Position numbers and translations under genes: made by a program. From assembly GCA_951406725.2 (NCBI GenBank), contig OX597814.1, positions 8,432,001 through 8,496,000 of the forward strand: DNA of 64,000 bases. Direction: 5' to 3'. This DNA is from Octopus vulgaris (taxonomy: Eukaryota). Below, in pieces: positions 37,899 through 52,309 of this stretch; within the stretch, counting starts at the first letter, position 1, and every line of letters starts with the position of its first letter. A model generated the notes under the pieces. The model had not been told where the DNA came from. It did not search any database and saw only the letters and a program-made list of their open reading frames with translations.

Positions 37899-39150
37899 AA
37901 TCCCATAAATAATGCAGTTTTTTTCAATTGCATGAACTTAAAGTCACAGGGATGGTAAATTACCTGCATCAACTTTCTATAAAAGCAGCTAGTAATACTA
38001 CCTTGTCCTTATTCTTAGTGCAAGCTTTGAAGAGTGCAGTTCAATTTTAACAGTTATTTTTTCAAAGCTACAATATAAATGGCAAAGGAGCATATTCGGC
38101 ATATTGTGCTTTATGAGTTCAATAAAGGCAACACCACAATGGAAAGTGCAAGGAATATTAAGGTAGTATATGGGGATCAAACAATAAGTATAAGCCAGTG
38201 TCAACTGTGGTTCCAGAAATCCTAAGCTGGAAGCAACAGCCTTGAAAATGCACCTCATCCTGGTAGATTTATAGAGCTTGATGAGGACATCCTGCACACC
38301 CTGGTGGAACAAAATCCCATAGTAACTGCTGAGGAATTAACAGAAAAGCTTGGATTAGGTCATTCAACCTTTCATTGATACCTGTGTGCCTTCAGAAAAG
38401 TCAGCAAATTGGGTCAATGGGTTCCTCACAAACTTTCTGAGTCTAATCACATGCAGAGAGTGAATGTGCACTCTTCTTTGCTGTCATGTGTCACAAATGA
38501 ACCTTCTATGGACTGAATAGTGACTGGTGATGAGAAATGGGTTCTCTATAAAAATAAGTACCAGACTGGTTAGGGAAAAGAGAAACACTAGCACCCCAGG
38601 CTAAAGAAAGTTTTCACCCATGTAAGACGTTGTTATCTGTTTGGTGGGATACGAAAAGTTTAGTCCACTGAACTTTTAAACCCAAACTAAATGATAACAA
38701 AAGGGATCTACTTTGAGCAGCTTAAGTCAGCGTTAGAAGACAAATGGCCATCCTTGGTTTCAAGAAGAAAGGTGTTATTCCATCAGGATAATACTTCGCC
38801 AGAAGGATAACATTCCAAGGGCTGGGGCAGTTTGAATGGGAAACGATGCCCTACCCACTATATTCATTGTATATTGCCCATCTAGTTATCATTCATTCCA
38901 CAGTCTTCAAAATCATTTGGACAGAAAAAATATGAATTCTATAGACAAGGTCAGAACAGTACTGGAGGAGTATTTTTCATCACAGACGAGTGAATTTTGG
39001 AAGTGGGGCTTTGCAAGTCTACTAGAGAGATTGATGAGCATTGTACAAAATGAAGGAGAGTATATTTTAGATTAAAAAAGAACTTTGTTTATCTCAATTT
39101 TGAAAAACAAAAGAAGTATAAAAATCGCATTAATTATGGGATGACTTAAT
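37899..39150 (+). mobile_element. Mariner (D,D34D) transposon, degenerate
   Basis: TIRs ATCCCATAAATAATGC / GCATTAATTATGGGATGACTTAATA; WVPHKL, IVTGDEKWVLY, HQDN and PSSYHSFHSLQNHL motifs. Confidence 0.88.
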
Positions 39151-39721
39151 ATATATATTAAAACACCATTTGAGCATGGTTGTTGCCAGAACTGCTTGAC
39201 CGGCCCTTGTGCCGGTGGCACATAAAAGCACACACTACACTCTCGGAGTGGTTGGCGTATATATGTTGGCATATATACCCCTGTATATATGTCCCCACAC
39301 ACTAGCACTGAACACTTCCCAGCATCCACATCACACCCATCATCTGCACACCCACATATTACAGATGCACTCACACATGCACACATTCACATGTCAAAGC
39401 TACTAGCCCCTATCCAAACACACATACTTATACATTCTCACACACATGCATGCACACCTTCGTTTTGGGATCACCAATACTTTATTATCTCCCGTTCTTT
39501 CAACCTCTCCTGTCAAACCTTTTTCTCCCAACCAGTCACCATGCTTGATAGCTAAACCCAAAAGTTTTTTTATTCTCTCTCTGTTTATTTTCTCTTACTT
39601 CTTTATGCTGAAGAGCATAGGCTCAAAACATAAAAGACCTTCTCATTTTCCTGAGCATCAAACTATTACACCTGCTTGTTGTTCATACACCTGTCTTTGC
39701 TTTTGTTTCCCTGTAAATTTC

Positions 39722-39766
<45 letters not shown>

Positions 39767-40000
39767 GAGAGAGACAGAGAGAGAGAGAAGGAGAGAAATA
39801 TAGATATATACTTACAAATATATACATAAATTTTGGGAATCAAGAACAATATATATATAAATGCACATGCACTTATATACACAAATACACATGTATTTAT
39901 ATACATAAAAACACACACCCAAATGAATACATACAAACATATATATAGATGATGATGATAATAATAATAATAAATAATAACAATAATGAATATAATAATA

Positions 40001-40102
40001 ATAGATAGATAGATAGATAGATAGGCAGATAGATAGATAGATAGGCAGATAGATAGATAGATAGATAGGCAGATAGATAGATAGATAGATAGATAGATAG
40101 GC

Positions 40103-40140
<38 letters not shown>

Positions 40141-40210
40141 GCAGATAGATAGATAGATAGGCAGATAGATAGATAGATAGATAGATAGGCAGATAGATAG
40201 ATAGATAGGC

Positions 40211-40248
<38 letters not shown>

Positions 40249-40270
40249 GCAGATAGATAGATAGATAGAT
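40001..40270. repeat. (GATA)n array punctuated by GGCA variant units
   Basis: AGAT repeats with recurring AGGC interruptions. Confidence 0.97.
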
Positions 40271-43200
40271 AACTTTTTATTGTAGCCACACAGGGTTAAA
40301 CACAGAAAAATTGGACGAAATACAATGTAGAGTTTTTTCTTTTCAAGGTGGGATGGGTGGGACACAAAGAAAAAACGTTCGATCAATAGGAATCTGTGGG
40401 TTGGGTGGTGTATAAAAAAAAGCAATATATATAAAGTTCACAGTTTAGGTGTAGCCTTGGAAAGAAAAACCTACAAAAAAGACCAAGGTCACCTCAGACA
40501 GTTCAAAATGAACACATGAGTAAGTCACCTTACCTCTCGTTGTCTCTTTAGGTTACAGATTTACGCTTAAAATGGTGTCGTCTTTCATACTGACCATTTT
40601 TGCCACTTTTACCCACTTTTTATTAAAACATTCGTTCGACAAAGCCTTCCTCTCTATTCTCATCCTCCTTTTCATGTGGTACTTGAAAAAGTTGACGAGA
40701 GACTGACCAGAGAGGAAGGTGTTTGTTTTTAGTCCTTTCAAACGCGTCCACCACACACATTCTTTCGCCATAGCCATCAGTGTAACGAAAACCATTTTCC
40801 CTTCCCGTTTAAAGGAAGGTGGTGGAACAATATTCACGATAGACTCGGCCGATAAGCGGGTCCGTCCTACACGCGACAACAGCTGTTCGACGAAGGTCCA
40901 CAGCTCTGAAATATCTGGACACTACACGAGTGCGTGCAGAACGGTTTCGTCGTTCTGACCGCATCTTGGGCAGGTCGGTCCGGTGATGGTTTTCGAACCG
41001 TGTCTGTAGCTCTTCTCTCGAACAAGTAGTGCATCCCGATAGCATTGCCAAGCCAGGGATTTCTGGAAGTTATCCATAGGCCCTGGCCCGAATGTAGTCC
41101 TGAAAAGGCAGGTCAGGAATTTCTCGTCGACACCCACGTTTGCCCCGAGTGTGTCGACGGACCTCCCCTCCACTAGTCCTCTATAAAACGCTTTAGTTGT
41201 TTGTAAGTTGCACAAGTTTGACCCCGGACGGCAGAGCTGCTGTAGAGCTTGGCGACACTCTCGGTGCCAATCGCCCAGTTTCGGTCTCTTTTTGATCCAC
41301 GTTTGCAGTTCGGTCAGTGAGACGAGCTGCGGGAAGGTGCCCCTCACAAACGGCGCCCACACCTGTTCACCATCATCGATGAAGTTCCAGAGATGTCGCA
41401 GTCTCAGCGCATGCCTGCGCATCATCAACCACGGCATTCCCAGTCCTCCATTTAACAGATGTTGACAGCAAATGGACCTCCTCACCATCGGAACCCCACC
41501 CTTCCACAGGAAGCGGAAGAGTGTGCACTCCAGTTTGGTGATGGTGACGTCGGGACAAGGCACGACGGTCAGGCGGTAATCGATGACGGATGCGATGTAC
41601 GCGTTCGCCACCTCCGCCCGACCTTTTAGAGACAGCTTTCTCTTGGCCCACGTTTGGCTGAGAACGACCACTCTACTCGTGATCTCGTCCCAGTTCTTAT
41701 CCATTTGGAGGTCCGGACTGAACCAGACCCCGAGCAATATAACCGGTCCGTCCATCCAGCGTCCCACTATTGAGCTGCAGTCGGACGGCATGGGCTTGCT
41801 TCTCCAGGTGCCGAGTAGCAAACCCACTGACTTTTCCAGGTTAATTTTCGCTCCTGTCAACGTTTCGTATTTTTTTAGTGTCTCGCCTATCATCTGGATG
41901 TCTTTTTCGCTCGACACTATGACGGTGACATCGTCCGCATATGCTGACACACTCGTCCCGTAACCCAGTTCCCATGGGATGCCCCTCAGTGTCGCCAGCT
42001 TCCGCAGTAGCGGCTCGAGAGTCAATACATACTGAAGCGCCGACAGGGGACACCCCTGACGGACCGAACGCGTGATGTCAAACGGTTTCGACAGGTGACC
42101 GTTCACCCAAATCACCGATCGGATGCCGCTATACAAGGCAACTATCCAACCGCGGAAGACGGGACCGAAGCCAGCCGCCCTGAAGACGGCCGCCAAGTAC
42201 CGATGGTCGACCCTATTAAGGCTTTAGACTGATCCAAATTGATCAGCGCCCCACCCATGCCAGGATCCTTAACTACCCTGTCCACAATGTAGCGCATCAG
42301 ATGGAGGTTGTCATGTATGGTAAACCCGGCATGGCGCATGTTTGCGCCCTGTCGACCAGCTTACCAATGACAAATGCCAACCTCTCGGCTATTACTTTGG
42401 CCAAAATTTTCAAATCTGCGTTGAGCAGAGTGATGGGCCTGAAATTATCTATAAAATTCCCCTTGTTTGGGTCTTTCTTCAGCAACGTCACTGAACCTCG
42501 GCTCACGAAACCGGGGATTCTCCCGTTTTGTTGCCAGTTGCAGTAGACTGATGCCAAGAGGTCGCCAAACAAGTCTGGCATTTGACAATACAGCTCGTAG
42601 GGTAAACCATCCAATGCAGGCGACTTATCCCTCACACAGCCCGCCATCGCATCCCGCACGTCAGCGGCTGTGATGGGACTTTCACAACACTTCGCTTCTC
42701 TTGCCGAGAGCCATGGCAGGTCAGTCAGGTAGGCACTGAAATCCATCCCGCGTTCGAGTAAACTGCATCCCTGTTGATCTATTAGAGACTGAATGGTGGC
42801 TCTGTTGCCACGCTGCACCTCCACTACCCGGGCCTCTCGCGCAGCTTCAATCCCTTCGTTCCTTAAGGCATGCATTTTAGCTCTGACGACGCAATCTTCG
42901 TGCTTGGCGTTGAGGTGTTGGTCGAGGGCCATCCTCGCAGCCAGCACGTTGGTTGCGCCGCCAGTGGTTAGTGCCTCTTATAGTTTCTTAACCAGGTCTC
43001 CGTCTACTCTATTTTGATCTATTGCTAATTCTTTGCTAAACCTAATTGATTCCGATTTTATTGCCATTTTCAGGGCCTACCACCAGCGGTCGTTAACGAC
43101 GGCCCCTGTCAGCGCCCTCTTAATTAACTCGCTAATCCGGTTCCTGTAAACCTGTCGTGCTAAGAGCGACGTGTTCAGTTTCCAGTAACCGGGACCCTGC

Positions 43201-44411
43201 CTATGTGTTTTATCTAAGTCGAGCGTACACGTCACAAATTTGTGATCTGTGTAGCTGACTATTTTAAATTGTGGACATCCTACACTATCCCTATCCGCTG
43301 TCCTGCATAGAATTCTATCTAGATAAGATCTCGACGATCCGATGCGGTTTGTCCAAGTCCACATTGGCACGTTTGGATGGTCGAGTCGGAACCTGTCAGA
43401 CAAATGGAAACGTCTGTTATCCATTTGTTCGGGATCTCAGGGGTACATTTTTAATAGTAATTCTACTCACTCTCTGGCCTTTGAAATAAGGTACCATTTT
43501 GATATCATCATTTTCGAAAGACTCGGTAGAGTGAGCTTTTGCCACTTCCTGGTTAGGGAAGCGGACCTCTACTGTGTTAAACTGGGGACCCCAGTTTATA
43601 TATTCTTTATTTTTCATTATGTTTTTTAAACATTTTTCTATATCCGTTTTTGTAATCTGTTCATTTTGTTTTTTGTTTTTTCTTATAATTTTATATATAA
43701 TTGTCTTATTTTCTATTTGTTCCTTTATGTGTTGAGGTGTATGCAGCACTAAATCTTGCCCACGGGTTGTAAAGAGAGCTCTCGTTTCTATTAGCTCTTC
43801 ATTTGTAAATGTTACTATTTCTTTCTTCTGACGCAGAGTGTCAGCGAAATTTACTGGTGGTGTTGTTTTAATATTAACATCTTCACTATTAGATAGTTCA
43901 TTTTTATTGTTGTTCTTGTTGTTGTTTTTCTTAATAGTATTCGCGTGAGTTTCATTTTAATCATTTATGTTGGTCGTGGTGGTGGTGGTGGAGGTGGAGG
44001 TGGTAGCAGTAGTAGTCTTGTTGTTGTTGTTGTTGTTAGTGGTGGTGGTGGTGGTGACAGGGCTGTTACTGCAAGTGGTTGCAGCGTTCACTACCACGTC
44101 ATTCAGGTTTGCACTTTGCGTGCATACGTTCTTTTTTTCTCCTAGCGTTTCCAGACTAGGAAATGCTGATCCATAAAAGAACGCGACCAGCATTCTACAA
44201 TAAAATTTCTCGACATTTTCAATGTCAAGAAGAAAATTACACAAATTAAATAGGGTTGAAACTGCCCCTAGGGGCGAATTCCTCCCTTGGAAAAGCACTC
44301 AAACGAAAGTTGGGTGCCTTACACACCTTATTTACAAAAATGTACACAAAATATGGGCTATAAATAGTCAAAATAAACGATTACCTTCGGAGCCGAAGTG
44401 ACAGCACGTCC
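40271..44411 (-). mobile_element. Tx1-clade LINE family B, near full length with an internal deletion, flanked by (TATC)n
   Basis: ORF1 remnant 43417..43749 (TVEVRFP), APE end SYLDRI/YTDHK/YWKLN, RT RQGCPLS/AYADD, CPRC..ETVLH; 3' AATAAAAAGTT followed by (ATCT)n; 5' end abuts (GATA)n at 44412. Confidence 0.9.
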
Positions 44412-44455
<44 letters not shown>

Positions 44456-44456
44456 T

Positions 44457-44506
<50 letters not shown>

Positions 44507-44507
<1 letters not shown>

Positions 44508-45625
44508 GTTTCTTTATTGGCCACACAGGGCTGCACACAGATGGGACAAGTTACAAGGTAGAGCTTTTCTTTTGGGGAGAAAAAAAAAAGGTGGCGTAGG
44601 TTTTCGATCAAAAGGGATCATAAAAGGGAAAAAAGAAAAAAGAAAAAAAAGGTAAAGCAGAAAAAAAGGAAAGAAAAAAGGAAAAGGAAAAAAAGAAAAA
44701 AGGGAAAAAAAGAAAAGAAAAATGAAAAAAAGAAGAGAAAAGAGGAAAAAAACAACGATCAATAGGGATCGTGTATCACAGTGTCATGATATATGGCGTA
44801 AAGGGGAAAGCAAGTAAGGTTTATCCGTGGGAAGAAAAGCCTACGAAAAAGACCACGGTAACCTTGGTCAATATTGTTATATGTTACCACATTTGTTTGC
44901 AAGTGGGTAACCCTCTGTTTTCAATTTCTGGGTTCATAGGATTATGCTCAAGGTGGCTTCGTCATTCATACGTGCCATCCTTGCTACATTCACCCATCTT
45001 TTTTTAAAATGTTCGCTAGACAAAACTTGCCTCTCTACTCTCACTTTCCTTTTCAAGTGGTACTTGAAGAAGTTGATGAGAGGTTGACCAGAGAGGAATG
45101 TGTTTGTCTCCAATCCTTTCAGACGCGTCCACCAGATACATTCTTTTGCCATAGCCACAAGGATGATGAAAATAGCTCTTCCTTCCCGTTTGAAGGAAGG
45201 AGGCGTGACAATATTGACGATAGACTCAGCTGATAAACCGACTCGTCCCACACGTGACAGTAGTTGTTTGACATAAGCCCACAGGTCGGAAATTGTTGGA
45301 CACTGCACGAGTGCGTGCAGAACGGTTTCGTCGCTCTGACCGCATCTTGGGCAGGTCGGCCCGTGTTTCTCGAGCCGTGTCTGTTGAGCTTATCCCGAAC
45401 AGGTAGCGCTTCTCGGTAGCACTGCCAGGCCAGGGATCTCTGGAAGTTGTCCATGGGCTCTGGCCCGAAAGTCGTCCCGAACAGGTGGGTCAGGTATTCC
45501 TCGTCGACGTCCAGGTTCGCCCCGAGCTCGTCGTCGTACCTCCCCTCCACTAATCCCCTATAGAATGGTTTGGTTGTGATGGAGTCACTCAAGGTTGACC
45601 CAGGACGGCAGAGTTGCTTGAGAGC
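44507..45625 (-). mobile_element. Tx1 family B 5'-truncated copy between tetranucleotide arrays
   Basis: ORFs 44934..45308 and 45119..45592 are homologous to the zf-RVT end of 40271-44411; 3' AATAAAGAAACT followed by (TATC)n. Confidence 0.88.
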
Positions 45626-46346
<721 letters not shown>

Positions 46347-46465
46347 TAAATGAGCTATAGGAGTGAAATATGAATGATGTAAAATGGGGAATTAGGTTTT
46401 GCTAGGTTGAATCAAGAGATTGCTTATCTGAACGTCTTTGCAGCCTTTACTCCATGTGGTAAGCT

Positions 46466-47338
46466 GTCTATTTTAAAAATAGTTGGGTGAACTTTTGAAA
46501 AACTTTGGCTGTTACTTCTAGCATATCTGGACTGTTTGAAGGCTACATGTACTTCAGGTTTACATCAGGCATGTTAAATGGATGCTTATGATGTGGATAG
46601 CACAGTATTGTTACATGGATGGTGAGTAACTTGTATTTGTCTAGCATTAAATCTTGGTTTTATTTTACAGGAATATCTGCCACGAGTATGGGAGGAGATG
46701 AAGAGGGCAGAACGATATTGGTGTCAGGAGTCCCAACTGATTTCCGTTTGGAAGCCATTCAGTCTTATTTTGAGAACAAGAAGATATCAAGTGGAGGACC
46801 TATTAAAGGAATCCCAGAACGGATCCAAGATTCTGAGGAAGTTATTATCACTTTTGAATCGGAAAAAGGTTAGAAGAAATATTCTTTATTTCATGAAATC
46901 ATTTACAGACATCATCATTGTCATCACTTAATATCTGTTGTCCATGCTGGCATGGGTTGGACAATTTGTATGTAATTACTGTGAACACATTAGATTAATA
47001 TAAAGCAATGTTAAAAACCATCATCATCATCGTCATTTAACATTCATTTTCCATATTTGCTTGCATTGAATAGTTTGACAGGATCTGGTGAGCAGCATTG
47101 ACCTCTAGGGTCAGCTTTGGCAAGGTTTCTATTGCCCTTCCTAATGCCAACCACTTTACAGAGTGGACTGGGGGCAATTTTCCTGCCGTCATTACTAGTG
47201 AGGTTGCCAAGTAATGTCCAAGACAAAAAAAAAGGAAAAACACTCCTACTAAATGGAGTGAGGAACCAAAAGGGTTATGTAGGGGTTATGCTAGGTGTTG
47301 AAAGGCTAAAGTGTGATCAAGGAGGTACAATAGAGAAA
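46466..47338 (+). repeat. Outer inverted-duplication arm (partner of 338-1213)
   Basis: Reverse complement of 338-1213. Confidence 0.95.
46688..46868 (+). CDS. PARP14/PARP10-like RRM-repeat gene, paralog A, first coding exon (exon 46671-46868)
   Basis: tattttacag|GAATATC acceptor, ATG 46688, RTILVSGVP..LEAIQSYFENKKISSGGPI (cf. the LYFENxRRSGGG motif of PARP14/PARP10-type RRMs), phase-1 donor at 46869. Confidence 0.82.
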
Positions 47339-47349
47339 TTGTAGAGCAC

Positions 47350-48275
47350 ATATTACGTATTTCAGTAATTGACCAGTTAACGATATTGAAACTGTAAGTC
47401 ATGATTAGTATGGCTAAAGCATTTATCGCTTCAATCCTGTTTCTTGTATTCAACTCTGTCTTGAGTATTGCCCTTACCTTGTGATAGCATCTTTTCTGGT
47501 GTTTTCCCTCATCATTGAATGTCTGATTGCATCACCTACAAATACCCCTAGGAATCTGCAGCTCTCCATTGGTTCTAACTCCTTGATGACATTCTGCTGG
47601 TCGTGGTTAACGTTGGATGTTTCTGTCATTTTTCGTTTGATAAAAGTAGCTTTTGCACATCTATGGAGGCCAAATTGTATTCTGATGTCATCACTGGAAT
47701 TGTTTAATAATCGCTTGTAAGCCCTGTAGTCATTTTTTGAAAAGAGCTTTAAATCATCCATGTAAAAGAGATGATTTATATTTTTATCAAACATTTTATA
47801 ACTGTACCGTACATCATTGAGCAATTTCAAGAGAGTAAGGCCAGACGAAAGAGGAGTGGTGATAGAGAGTCACCTTGGAAAATGACACATGAAATTCTGA
47901 CATCTCCAACATTAAGAGATTTATCGTTACTGTTCAAAGTTAGTGTGGTTCTCCATGATCTCATACTAGCAGACAAAAAGTTTTGCAGAGTAGGTGCTAT
48001 TTTATACATTTCCAGACATTTCTTAATCCAGCTATGTGGTAGGCTATAAAAACCTTTTTATATAGTCTATCCAGGCTATTGACAAGTTTTTGTGTCGTTC
48101 GTGATAATCTTCTAAGATCATCTTATTGATGAGCATCTGATCTGATCTTTACAACCATAAGACCCATGTTTACATCCTTTTTGCTCATTAGGGAATATGC
48201 CACTTTCTATTAAAAAACTATAGGTATATTCAGTCAGGACAGACGTTAGCATTTTATACATTGTTGTTAAGCAGT
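47350..48275 (-). mobile_element. R4/Dong-type LINE RT fragment
   Basis: IFQGDSLSPLLF; INHLFYMDDLKLF; IQFGLHRCA. Confidence 0.85.
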
Positions 48276-48399
48276 TGCCCCTTTTTTTGCTGATTTCCTT
48301 CTCTTCCCTAACTGAAATGACTAGTTCTGCCTGTTTTGGACAGACTACTGCAAAAAGAGAAATGAAGTTCAGTGAGAGAAATATGTTGAGCTAGAGAGG

Positions 48400-48860
48400 A
48401 AGTATAGGGTGAAGAGAAAAGGAATCTATGTTGTGATTGAGGAATTAAAACAGGGGTCGAAAGCTAAAGCACATAAATTTAAAAGATATGAACAGAGAAT
48501 TAAGCTATACAGATTGAATAGACTTTTCTTTGAACAAAATCAGAAACGACCCTATTAGGAACTGGATGGGAAAAAGAAAAAGGTGAAAAAGCCATGCCGG
48601 ATGCTGAGGAAATCAGAAGATTCTGGTTAAACATATGGTCTCTGGAGAAACAACATGAAACTAAAGACACTGAAAGAGGAGAGTGGAGAGTATAAGCAGG
48701 AGGATTTTAGAATATCTTAGGAGATGATTAGAGATCAGTACAGGAAAATTGCTGACTGAAAAGTGCCTGGCCCAGAGGGGGTTCAGGGCTTTGGGCTTAA
48801 AAACTTGACAGCTCTGCACAGGTGAATTGTGAGACAGCTGGACAAAATACTGAGAAGTGA
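48400..48860 (+). mobile_element. Degenerate R4/Dong-type pre-RT fragment
   Basis: KFKRYEQRIKLYRLNRLF..QNQKR...PDAEEIRRFWLNIW-like translation. Confidence 0.5.
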
Positions 48861-49339
48861 CAACAAGAATCACTACAACAATAACGATTACAGTGACAAC
48901 AACCACTTCACTGACCCTTCTACAGTACATGTGCATGCACACATGTGCACACATGTGCACACGCAACATATGCGTTTGTAATCACCCACATGTTTTCACC
49001 TACCACTAAAATCAAAGGAAATTAAATTTATTGCCGCTTTAGCGACCTCAGATATTTTGAAGGTGTTGAAAGCAACCTGTTGTCACTAAAGTGTCTAAAA
49101 TTTGATAAAATTGTCCACAAAAGGTATGTGAGGAAATTTTTTTGTTAAAAGTATTATTTTCAACTGTCTACAAACACTTCCAGGCTGAGATAATGCATTC
49201 CTCCAAGATTAAATAAAACAAATTCTCAAACTGAAGGGGCTGAAATTCTAGTTTTGGGCGCAAAACATCCCATAGCCTCCACCCCATCCCACCCGTGGCT
49301 ACATGCCTGTTACCCACAAACATATTTCTCCTCATGCAT

Positions 49340-51056
49340 TTTGAGTATTGAAAGTGTAGCAGATTTAGAATATTTTCTGAGAATATGCACTTTCTCAAGT
49401 CTGTTTCAAAATTGCAGCCATTTGATGCAAAATGTTCAGCAAGTTCCGTCCAATTACCGTTATTGTGCCTGACTTCATATCTGTGCCCATTAAGTCTTTT
49501 GTTTAATTGTTCTTTTGTGCAACCAACATAAACCAAGTTGTGTTTCGTGCATTCTGCTGCATACACCAAATGGGAATCTCTACATGTCCCACCTTCTGTA
49601 TAAATCTGATATGATTCCGGATGGAATTCACTTGACTCATGTTGTCGTACAAGGAACAGGGCTTACCTCTTTTGCGGCTGTTTTTCAGGGTGCAGCATGC
49701 AGGTACCCCAATGTTAGTTTCCTTGGAGTCAGAAGTAGAGGTTAATAATTCTCTTGTACTTTTATTCTGTCTAACAGCTACAATGAGCGACTGAGGAAAT
49801 ATTTGTTTTGAAACAAGGATATTTTACTGCAACAAGCTGGTAACTTTCATTCAACACTTTTGAAATGCCAGTGAAATTTCAGTTCCAGTTAATCATTAAA
49901 GGAATTCTGTCATCAATTGTATTGTGTTTGCTAAAATTATGTGTGAATTTGGTTTAACTTTCTTGGCTAATCTTAGCTATGGCATTTTCTATTTCCTTTA
50001 ATCATGATTCACTGTAACTGCGTTTGACATTATGGTGCACAAAAGCATTTGCACGTTTCTAGTAATCCTCTCTGTCAGTACAAATCTGTTTTATCCTCAA
50101 AAACTGGGATTTAGGATTTGACTGAATAATATGATGTGAATGATTGGAACGGTGGTGGAGGTAAATGTAGGATGATATGGGCTTCCCAAGTAACTCTGTC
50201 ACTATTCTACCTCCAGAAAACTTAACTTTTGTGTCTAAATAATCAATGCTAGTTTTTGAAAAACTAGACATAAATTTTTATGTTGGACCTAAAGCCATAG
50301 ATTTTGGCATAACAGTCACAGAAATGCAAGAATTTAATTAAACTATTCTGTGATCTTTTCCAAACAAAATAATTCTGTAAATGGAAGAAGATAATTTTAT
50401 TAATAAGGCCAAATCCTGGATTTTACAGTCAGAAAGTGGAAAACCTGTATTTTATGGTCTCCCTAAAATACACAAAAAGTTCAAAAAATTTCCTCCAATG
50501 CACCCAATTTGCTGCACACATGTCTATTGTACAACCGAAATGTCGAAGTGGCTAGATGGCTTTCTACTCCCTGTTGCAAAAAGATCAAGTTCCTATATTC
50601 AGGATACTTGATTTTACATCTGAAATAAACAACCTTTTTAGGTACTGAAGCAATGTTGAAAGCTGTTTTTTGGTAATCATGGATGTTTCTTTCTTATATC
50701 CCAATATTAACCACAATACAGAGGTAGAATTATGCATGGATGCCTTTGAAAAATAGCTAAACAAAAGTATTTCCTCAAATTTTCTCTGTAGGCTGTTAAA
50801 GCTTGTGTTACAAAGTAACACAATGAAGTTTGGACAAACATTTTACCACCCAATAAAGGTTTATGCCATGGGTACTCCTATGGCAGTTAATTTTGCTAAT
50901 CTCTCCGTGAGGAAATTCGAGACACAGTCACTGAAGACATTCAAATTCCTACATGGTCATCAACCAATACTCTGGTCACGGTTCACTGATGAAGTCTTTT
51001 TTGTTTGGTAAGGATCACAGGGTAGTTTAATTGACTTCTTGCATTTCTGTGACTGT
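49340..51056. mobile_element. Penelope-like element: - strand RT thumb and GIY-YIG (49340-50369) joined to an inverted + strand RT core (50380-51056)
   Basis: VYAAECTKHNLVYVGCT..LNKRLNGHR; IDYLDTKV...YLHHRSNH; FYGLPKIHK; AMGTPMAVNFANL..WSRFTDEVF. Confidence 0.85.
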
Positions 51057-51139
51057 CTGTGAAGTTATATCAATCTTTTCAAAATAATATAATAATAATG
51101 ATGGTGATAATATAATATAATAATAATAATAATAATAAT

Positions 51140-52190
51140 AAAATCTGACATAGAAAGGCTATATATATATACAATGTATCGAAGGTGGTAAAGGCCTTAT
51201 ACAGCTAGAAAACTATTACAAAATAACCACCATAGGACTATAGAAATATCTACATCAGAGGCAAGGAAAACTAACACAAATAGCCACAAAGCATGTACAA
51301 AACTAAAAACTGTTTTCAGTCTTAAAGAAAGCTGACAAATACAAACAAGAAGTCAAAGTACCTGACAACTATAAAGAAGAAGAAGAAACAACTGAAATCC
51401 AAACTAGAACTAGAACAGCAACGAACCATGATAAAACGATGGCAAAAAAAGCCCCTTCATGGTAAATACTGGGCTAAATTAAATGCAAAAGAAATAGACA
51501 GAGAAAAATCCCAGCAATGGTTGAGAAGCTCAGAACTCAAAGCAGAGACAGAGGGATTTTTAATTGCAGCACAAGACCAAAGCCTCCTTGCCAGAAATTA
51601 CCAAAAACATATAATGAAAAGAAATATAACAAGTAACTGCAGAATATGTGGAGATGGACAAGAAACAATAAATCATATTATCTCTGGCTGCCCAGTCCTG
51701 ACTGAGAAGGAATATATTCACAGACACGACAGAGTTGGGACCTACATATACTGGAAGCTCTGCTAACACTATGGAATACCAACAGAAAAAAGATGGTATA
51801 GGCACACACCAGAAAAGGTCACAGAAAACAAGAAAGCAACCATACTCTGGGATATGCCGATACACACAAATAAAGAAATTAAAGCCTATATGCTGGATAT
51901 ATTTGTCATAGATCATGAAGAAAAAAAATGCTTTCTAATTGCTGTATCAATACCAGCAGATGACAATGTTTCTCTAACAGAAAGGGAGAAACTTTCAAAA
52001 TACAAAGCTCTGGAATACGGAGTCTAAAAACAGAAACAATTCCCATCAAAGTAGGTGCATTAGGTATGATAAAAAAAAAATTCAGACAAGTATATAACAA
52101 AAACACCAGGACTTACAAGTATATATAACGTAGAGGAAATAGCACAACTAGGCACTGCACACATCCTATGTAGAACACTTTCAATACAGT
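51140..52190 (+). mobile_element. R4/Dong-type LINE 3' part (CCHC finger and REL)
   Basis: WQKKPLHGKY...ETEGFLIAAQDQ...CRICGDGQETINHIISGC...YIHRHDRVG; preceded by (TAA)n. Confidence 0.88.
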
Positions 52191-52309
52191 AATGCTGTCT
52201 TTGTCAAGTTCAAAATAAGAAGTGATAAAAATTCAGAATTATAGAAATTTAAGTTTAAAGTATGAACGAGAACAACCAGCATCCACACATTGATGGAATG
52301 ACATCATCA

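Noticed and set aside
39724-40425. 233-aa ORF with (IYLS)n repeats, and similar ORFs at 22453-22813, 25513-25972, 9063-9281 and 43945-44298
   Set aside because: Translations of microsatellites
46619-46873. ORF-track start MVSNLYLSSIKSWFYF for the host exon (also 806..1060)
   Set aside because: The N-terminal part is intron containing the acceptor; the exon starts at 46671 (1008 in the mirror copy)
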